From: Dictyostelium discoideum
Lineage: Eukaryota
DNA length: 64,000 nucleotides
Direction of reading: 5' to 3'
Assembly (NCBI GenBank): GCA_000004695.1
Contig: CM000150.2
Location: 3,424,001-3,488,000 of the forward strand
The translations under genes and the position numbers were made by a program. Below the pieces are notes generated by a model. It made no database searches. It was not told where the DNA came from and worked only from the letters and a program-made list of their open reading frames with translations. Positions 55,878 to 64,000 of the stretch are shown one piece after another. The stretch's first letter is position 1, and every line of letters begins with the position of its first letter.

Positions 55878-55900
<23 letters not shown>
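55681..55900. repeat. Two adjacent copies of a ~85-bp intergenic repeat family. A third copy lies at 63893..64000.
   Basis: Copy A (55681-55779) is caatcaaaaggatttCCAATATACTTTGGCTTTAAAAATAAATTTATTCAATTTGATTTCTTATTATTATTTATTAGAC(A)n. Copy B (55790-55900) is gggtccaaataaaaaTGATAGCCAATATACTggcattaataatagaattttttaattttattatttatttttattcattaac(A)n. Copy C at 63893 is gggttcaatcaaaaaTGATAGCCAATATACTTTGTCTTTAAAAATAGAATTATTTAATTTTATTTCTTATTTTTATTTATAAGC(A)n. Pairwise identity is about 75-85%. Confidence 0.7.
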
Positions 55901-55911
<11 letters not shown>

Positions 55912-56475
55912 TTTATTAATGGTTAATTTAATTCAATTTTTATTTTTATTTTTAAAACTGAAAAAAAAAAAAAAAAAAAATAAAAATAAATAAATAAAAA
56001 TAAAAATAAAAATAAAAATGCAAAAAAAAAAAAAAAATAAGCACTAAATTTTAAAACTTTATAGGATAATTATTTCCCTAAATTAATTAACTATTTTTTA
56101 AAATTTTATTTTATTCATTTTTTATTTTTTATTTTTTATTTTTTATTTTTTTCAAAGTATTATTTAAATATTAAATATTAAATTTAATCCATTAATATTT
56201 TTTCTGTAATTGCATATACAACAAACGGGTGCAAAAACGAGAAGGATATTTTTAATTTTAAATTTTTTTTTTTTTTTTTTTTTTTTTAGCATGTAAAAAA
56301 AAAATTGGTTTTTTATTTTTTTTTTTTTTTTTTTTTTATTTTTATTTTTGCAACCTTTTTTTTTTAAATTGTAATAATAATATCAATCACATATAAAATT
56401 ATATTTATTTTAAAAAGAATTAAAAAAAATAAAATAAAATAAAAAAGGAAATATAAAAGAAATTAAAAAAAGAAA

Positions 56476-57471
56476 ATGTCTTTTAAAGCTATAATACTAT
56501 TGTGTTTGATAGCACTTTGTAAGTATTTATTATTATTTTATTTTATTTTATTTTATTTTATTTTATTTTATTATAATTATTATAATTCTAATATTTTTTA
56601 TTATATTGCAATTTTATTATTATTTCTAAATAAAAAAAAAAAAAATAAAAATAAAAAAAAAAAAAAAATAAAAAAAAAAAAAAAATAAAAAAAAAAAAAA
56701 ATGGGTAATAGGTGCTGAAAAAGCTTTAGGTGCAATTTTTGAATTAAAAATTGAAACACCTGATGTACAATTTTGCACTATATCAAATGGAACCTATAAT
56801 GTTGATTTTAGTGGTCCATTCTTTAGATTTTCCGATTCATCTTTAGCAGAAGAATATATAGTTAGAGACGTAGTAGGTGGATTTTATTATATTAATCAAG
56901 CAGGAAGAAATGCCAGATTTCACTTAGACGAATTCATTTACAATTCTCTCTATGGTAATAATTCCTATGAATATGCAACCAACTCAACCCTTGCATGTGC
57001 TTCTAATATGGCAACATATATGTGCAGTTACACTTTTGTTGGAAGTAAGTTTACTATTTTTACTATTATCAATTTCATTCTATTTTTTGTATATAACAGA
57101 AATTCTAACCATTTTTTCAATATTTATTTATTTATTTATTAATTATTCAAAAAGCTACACCTCCATGTAATGCACTTTGTGACCCAGTAGCTACATGTGC
57201 AGATGGATTTACTTATGGAGGTCAAGTTATTCCACCTGCATCTGTTTCAGACTGTGAATTCCAAGGTTCAAGTGCATCTGATTGCTCAGCAATTAATATG
57301 AAAGGTTTAATGGGCGACTGGAAACACAAAGTCGTAGAATTTATACCTCCAACTATTGATATACATCCAGGTGGTTTAGTAAGAGGATCTTTGTTAGGTT
57401 TTGGTGTTTTAATCGGACTCTTATTGGTAATCGGTTCATTAGGTGTCATCATGAAATTCCAAAATAAATAA
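56476..57471 (+). CDS. Small type-I membrane protein (signal peptide, ~200-aa Cys-containing ectodomain, one TM, 6-aa tail). Exons 56476..56518, 56712..57044, 57155..57471.
   Basis: Exon 1 is MSFKAIILLCLIAL then GTAAGT. Exon 2 is a 111-codon stop-free frame with no Met (C)AEKALGAIFELKIETPDVQFCTISNGTYNVDF...YTFVG. Exon 3 is TTPPCNALCDPVATCADGF...GGLVRGSLLGFGVLIGLLLVIGSLGVIMKFQNK*. The track ORF 56952..57170 is in the wrong frame. Confidence 0.45.
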
Positions 57472-57522
57472 ATTATCTTTTAACTAGAAGTAGAAAAGTA
57501 ATGAAAAATAGATAAAAAAAAA

Positions 57523-57651
<129 letters not shown>

Positions 57652-58258
57652 AAAAAGTGTAAATATACTATAAATAGCTTATCATATTAATGTAATCATA
57701 ATAAAACCAGTCGAAAATTTTTTAAAGAACAAAACAAAATAAAAAAAATAAAAAAAATCATCACCAAGTCTTTTTTATATGAATGGCCCATTCATTATCT
57801 CTTCAAATTTCAATTATCATATATATTAACATGTTTTTTAAAGTTTCCATTTTTTTTATTTTTTTTTTTTATTTATTTTTAAATATTAATAATAGTAAAA
57901 CGATTTAAAAAAATAAAAAAAATATTGTGTCTAATAAAAAAAAAAAAAATAGTAGAAATGTTGTTAATTTTATTTATCATTTTAAAATTGATCAGATTTA
58001 ATTATTTTATTTTTTATTTATTATTATTTCCCACACCACCCTTTTTAATCTTTTTCAAAATAATAATAATGATAAATAATAATAAATAATTTCTAAAAAT
58101 AAATATTATTTTAACTTTGTACCAATAATATAAAATTATTATTTAAAAAAAATCAATATCCGTTTTATTTATGTTAATATTATTGGTGGTATAAACTAAA
58201 TTATTAATACTATAGTATGGTAATTGGTTATATTTAAACTATTGACAATCAGATTATC

Positions 58259-58293
<35 letters not shown>

Positions 58294-58393
58294 GTTGATC
58301 TCTACATCCATATATAAATTATTATCTGAGCTAATGGTACTATTATTATTATTACTGGAGATGTTGTAAACTAATAGCAAATATTAATTAGTC

Positions 58394-59644
58394 TTACTCA
58401 TCATGATTTGGTGTATAAATACCCTCACGTGATAAATGTAATGCTTCTTTACTTTTTGAAATAATACCGTCACTAGATAAAAGAGCTAAACGCAAATTAT
58501 TTTTAATATTTTGGTTTTTACACTTAATTACACTATTTATCATTCTATCAATTGTTTTGTATGTTTTAAATCTACTAAATAGTTCTCTGTTGATTATATT
58601 ATTCCAAACTTTTGGTTCAATTCCTCCATTTTTGATGAGTAGTATGTTTATAAAATCACCAATAATGTTTACAAATCCTTTATGACCATTGGTAAGAGTA
58701 TAGGTATCTTTAATAATGGATTGACTAATAGTTCTTCTTTTGAAAAATTTTGGACCAACATATTACTTTGTGCATTAAAAGGAGAAGCATTTGATTCTGT
58801 TTTAAGTTCTAAAATTGCAAATGTTCCTACTACAGTAATAGACTTTTTGTAATAAAATTAATAAATGGGGAGTAGTGTATGTGTAAGCTATTTTAAAGTT
58901 ATTTACTTTTATTGCTATTAAAGCAGAAGTTTTCCATGATCTGAATTCAGACAAGATTTCAGTGATAATTTCTTTTTTAAAACTAAATATGGCATCGAAT
59001 TCATCAATGACAAGATAAACTTTGTTATTACCAAATAATTTTGAACCAACTTTTAATAAAGATTTAATTTCAATCCAATCCATTTTAAATATATCTGTAT
59101 CCCCAGGTTTAAATGGAGGATTAAGATAATCATATATTTTGAGAATGAAGTTTCTCCAGAAATCAATTGATTCACAAACAACAATTCTACCTTCTAAATT
59201 AAAACTTTGAAAATAAAAATGTAATTATTTAAAAATCAATATTCACATGACATATATTTGAACTAGTTATATTAATTAAAACAATATATATATAATATAA
59301 GTATACTTACTATATTGATGAGTGACCATCAAGCTCATAAACCAATTCGGTGGCTCTAACCACTGTTGTGGTTTTACCAGAAGATCTTGGTCCACAGAGG
59401 CAGGTATATTCATTATCCATCATTGGATCTTTTAATACTCGGCCTTGTTCTGGTTCTAAAAAATAATAGGTTGAGTTTCTTTGTGGTTCTAAAATCGGTC
59501 CATGTATACTAAATCTAATGTTAACTTGAGGTTCTGATTTTTTTTTGTTAATAAAGTTGGTGAAGATGGTGGGGCATCTTCAGTATTTGCAGTTGTTGTG
59601 ATTGTTGAACTTGTTGATGTTGTAATTTTCATTTCTTCTAACAT
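58394..59644 (-). pseudogene. P-loop NTPase (AAA+/archaeal-ATPase-like) gene with a homopolymer frameshift and an internal frame break. Probable pseudogene or assembly error.
   Basis: Minus-strand MLEEMKITTSTSSTITTTANTEDAPPSSPTLLTKK reaches a run of nine A on the minus strand (plus T9 at 59538-46). The frame must then shift to continue as SEPQVNIRFSIHGPILEPQRNSTYYFLEPEQGRVLKDPMMDNEYTCLCGPRSSGKTTTVVRATEL, which holds Walker A. A GTAAGT intron leads to an exon with Walker B KVYLVIDEFDAIF (ORF 58802..59083). About 40 nt with three stops then separate it from a further 120-codon frame ending ...EGIYTPNHDE*. Confidence 0.4.
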
Positions 59645-59865
59645 AGCAAAATATATATCGAATTCCTTTTACTTAATTTCTCTAATGCTTCTTTATCCAT
59701 GTTTATTATTAATATATTAATTGTTACTCTTTATAATAAAAAAAAATGTAAAAAATTATATTTTCAAAAAAAAAATTAATAATTAAAAAAATAAAAAATA
59801 AAAAAAATAAAATAAATAGCTTTTTGAATAATACAATAAAAAGAATATATTAAATAAATACTATA

Positions 59866-60096
59866 CCCAGTAAAAAGAAGGTTACAATTCAATATTCAAC
59901 AATCACTGGTTTTGGTCCATGTTATGCTAAATTTGTTTTATCAGGTATGTCCAAAGCATTGGATGATGAACTTACAATTTCATAGTTGGTTGGAACATCA
60001 ATGTCATTTGCTATTAATTTAATTCCAGACTATAAAACTTGTGAAGGTGATCCAATGGAAGAAATTGCAAAACAAACACCAGTTGATGCAAATTAA
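59866..60096 (+). pseudogene. Short-chain dehydrogenase/reductase-like C-terminal remnant, broken by an in-frame TAG
   Basis: ...ITGFGPCYAKFVLSGMSKALDDELTIS*LVGTSMSFAINLIPDYKT..CEGDPMEEIAKQTPVDAN resembles the YxxxK..LAxEL..IRVN.IxPGxxxT..PEEIA region of SDRs. There is no N-terminal Rossmann part. A 10-bp inverted repeat lies just 3' of it. Confidence 0.25.
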
Positions 60097-60287
60097 GTTT
60101 TCAATAAGATATAAAATTTATAGTGAGTCATTAAAGTTATTTATATATATAATTTAAATTATTTTTTAATAATACAAGAATTGATGACTCACTTTTTTTT
60201 TTTATTTTTTTATTTTTTTATTTTTTTTATTTTTTTTGCAATTTCACCTTTTTTTTAATTTTATTTCATTATTATTAGATATACAAA

Positions 60288-61533
<1,246 letters not shown>

Positions 61534-61741
61534 AATTTAAATTTTTTATACATATTTGTAGGATGAGTGGTATTAATAAATAAATATTTTAAAATGTAGC
61601 AAACCCACACAAATTCAAAAATAAAATAAAATAAAATAAAATAAATGTAATAATAGAGTTAACCAGTCAAAACATTTGTATTACAATACGATAATTGTTT
61701 ATTAATAATAAATATAATAATAGAGTGTTATTTATTTATTT

Positions 61742-61781
<40 letters not shown>

Positions 61782-61943
61782 TTATTGATGTTAAATTATT
61801 TTAAAAAGAAAAAAATAAAAATTGATAAAAACATGATACTGAGTGCTCGAGCACTACTTTTAAAAAAATGTTATCAATTTGATAGCGGTTTTAATAAAAT
61901 GGATATTGTTTTTTCCCTCACCTCGTCTTTGTAGGATATTACA

Positions 61944-63242
61944 CTATTTACAACAACAAGGAATACCAAAATAATGGAGATGGTCATAAATACTTAAACC
62001 TATTACAGAATCTGAACATATTGGATCTTCACCGCTATCATTACAAACGATATAAGTTGTGTTGGTTGGATAATAAACTTCAGTTGGTACATGATGATAA
62101 TCTAATAATCCTTCCATTGGTACATGTGGTACTAAATCATGTTGATTAACTAATTTTATTAATTATTAATTATTAAATTAGTATATTTATAACTATTATT
62201 ATTATTTTTATTTTTATTTAATTTCAATAAAAAAAACCTTACCAACACGATAATTATTCTTATGAATTTGGTTGAAATATCCAACAAAAATTGAATCACC
62301 AACACGTGGTGAACCATATGTGTATGAATATGTTGGTAATGTGTACCATCCTTGAACCTCTGCAACACATAATGTTGCTAAAGCTGCACCCAAACTATGA
62401 CCAACAACCCAAATTTCTTTGCAATCTGATCCACATTTAGCCAATGCTGTATCTATTGATGTTCTCACTTGACTACTAACTGACTATATTTTTTAAAATT
62501 ATTTACAAAAAATAAATAAAAAAAAAAAAGTTAATAAACTATTTTGTTCATTTGTTTTATTTTTTTATTTTTTTTTTTTTTCTTTTTTTTTTCTTTCTCA
62601 AATAAAACTACAATTAATACCTACAGCCCAACCTCTATAAAAACCATCATGAACTTTAGCTTGTGGATAAGGTGGATATATAGTTTCTAAAAATTTAAAA
62701 TTTGTAATCCATGAATCTAGATTTCATTCATTCATTTAAATTATTAATTGATTGAATAAATAATTGGATTATTAATTGTTTGAATAAATAAATAATTATT
62801 AATTGATTGGTTGATTAATTAATTAATTGTTTGTATTAATTATTTAAAATTTATGAATTATTAATTTTGATAATAAAAAATACTAACCAACATCCATAGA
62901 ACCACGGAATGAAACAATCACTTGATTATTAGTGTAACCAACAAAGGCCTGAGTATTTGTAGTTACATTAAAAATTGCTGATACTATATTAAAACCAGGT
63001 AAGTTTTTACAAGTTGTGCAATTCCAATTTTGAATATCTGGTCCGTTGCAATATGCAGCATATGAAAATTGAACAAAAATTTCTGCTACTGCTTGATCAT
63101 ATGGGAATGAAGGTAATGAATTCTCTAAATTTATTTGTTGTTGTTGTTGTTGTTGTTGTCCATCACCATTTATTTTAATACTATTACAAAAGTTTATCAT
63201 TAAAAATGAAATTATAATACATGAAATTATTGATTTAATCAT
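61944..63242 (-). CDS. Secreted class-3 (fungal-type) triacylglycerol lipase. Exons complement(62888..63242, 62625..62716, 62243..62483, 61944..62149).
   Basis: Signal peptide MIKSIISCIIISFLMINFCNS. Lipase_3 landmarks VSFRGSMDV|DSWITNFKF...VHDGFYRGWA|SVSS..IWVVGHSLGAALATL (nucleophile elbow GHSLG) ...RV|VNQHDLVPHVP. Donors GTTAGT, GTAGGT, GTAAGG. Confidence 0.7.
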
Positions 63243-63410
63243 TTTATTATTATTTATTATTATTATAATTATTAATATTATTATTATTATTTTTTTTTTT
63301 TTATATGAAACTGAAATTGAAAAAGAAAAAGCAAGTAAACATAAAGATTAAAAAAAAAAAAAAAAAAGCGCAAGTGTGTTTAATAAATAAAAAAAATAAT
63401 GTATGAAAAG

Positions 63411-63451
<41 letters not shown>

Positions 63452-63536
63452 AAATGAATAATTATTAATTAAAAATAAAAGAATTAAGGTGTTTTTTTAA
63501 GTTGATCTGATTTGTGCAGAAAATAAAAAACTGCCA

Positions 63537-63592
<56 letters not shown>

Positions 63593-63622
63593 TTTGCAGT
63601 TTTAAGAGACACATAAAAAGAT

Positions 63623-63666
<44 letters not shown>

Positions 63667-63892
63667 TGTGAAAGTAAAATTTCCCAAGATATTTATTTTA
63701 TTTTTTATTTTTTTTTTTTATTTTTTTTATTTTTTTTTGGATATGTTGGTACCCAAATTTGATCATTTTAATCTTAATCAAACCATCATTTTCTATTTTA
63801 TTCCAATATACACCATCAAAAAACAATCAAATTAAATTATTATAATTAACTCGTTTATCACTAAAAATATGAAAAAAAGATTATATTTTTAT

Positions 63893-64000
63893 TTTTTATT
63901 ACTTAAAATCGGGTTCAATCAAAAATGATAGCCAATATACTTTGTCTTTAAAAATAGAATTATTTAATTTTATTTCTTATTTTTATTTATAAGCAAAAAA
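63893..64000. repeat. Third copy of the ~85-bp repeat family, truncated by the window end
   Basis: See 55681..55900. It shares the core TGATAGCCAATATACTTTG-CTTTAAAAATA and the AT-rich tail. It lies about 650 bp upstream of the lipase start on the minus strand. Confidence 0.65.

Overview
The window looks like Dictyostelium discoideum (social amoeba) nuclear DNA. It is roughly 75-80% AT, with (AAT)n/(ATT)n and homopolymer microsatellites, poly-Asn/Gln/Thr coding tracts, and very short introns of about 70-250 bp with GTAAGT/GTATGT donors and AG acceptors. Several first exons are a signal peptide or just ATG plus a few bases. All gene models are hand-spliced from the six-frame track and consensus splice sites, and product calls rest on recognised protein motifs. 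I make about 27 protein-coding genes, almost all spliced, plus two tRNA genes (Asn-GTT and Ala-AGC) that sit together, one with a Dictyostelium-style external B box. Lipid and inositol metabolism genes are over-represented: a Kua/TMEM189-type desaturase, sphingolipid Δ4-desaturase, CDP-DAG synthase (cdsA), cycloartenol synthase (cas1), a class-3 lipase, a half-size ABCG transporter, ITPK1 and an SPX-only protein. Other genes include a PakA-like p21-activated kinase whose total length is 1197 codons and which has a 1.67-kb intron, CIAO1, the ARMC8 subunit of the CTLH E3-ligase complex, a J-domain plus chromodomain protein, PPIL1 cyclophilin, MRNIP, a Pmp-repeat secreted giant protein, a GPI-anchored LRR-IPT protein, a tweety-like 5-TM protein, a metallophosphoesterase and GGTase-I beta. 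I found no transposons, CRISPR arrays or prokaryotic operons. Things worth a second look are three coding regions broken only by in-frame stops or a homopolymer frameshift (Pmp gene, HPS1-like gene, P-loop ATPase), a GC-richer 500-bp non-coding island with hairpins and a U1-like 5' motif, a novel ~85-bp intergenic repeat family with three copies, DUSE-like motifs next to candidate small-RNA loci, paired promoter repeats, and several perfect palindromes.
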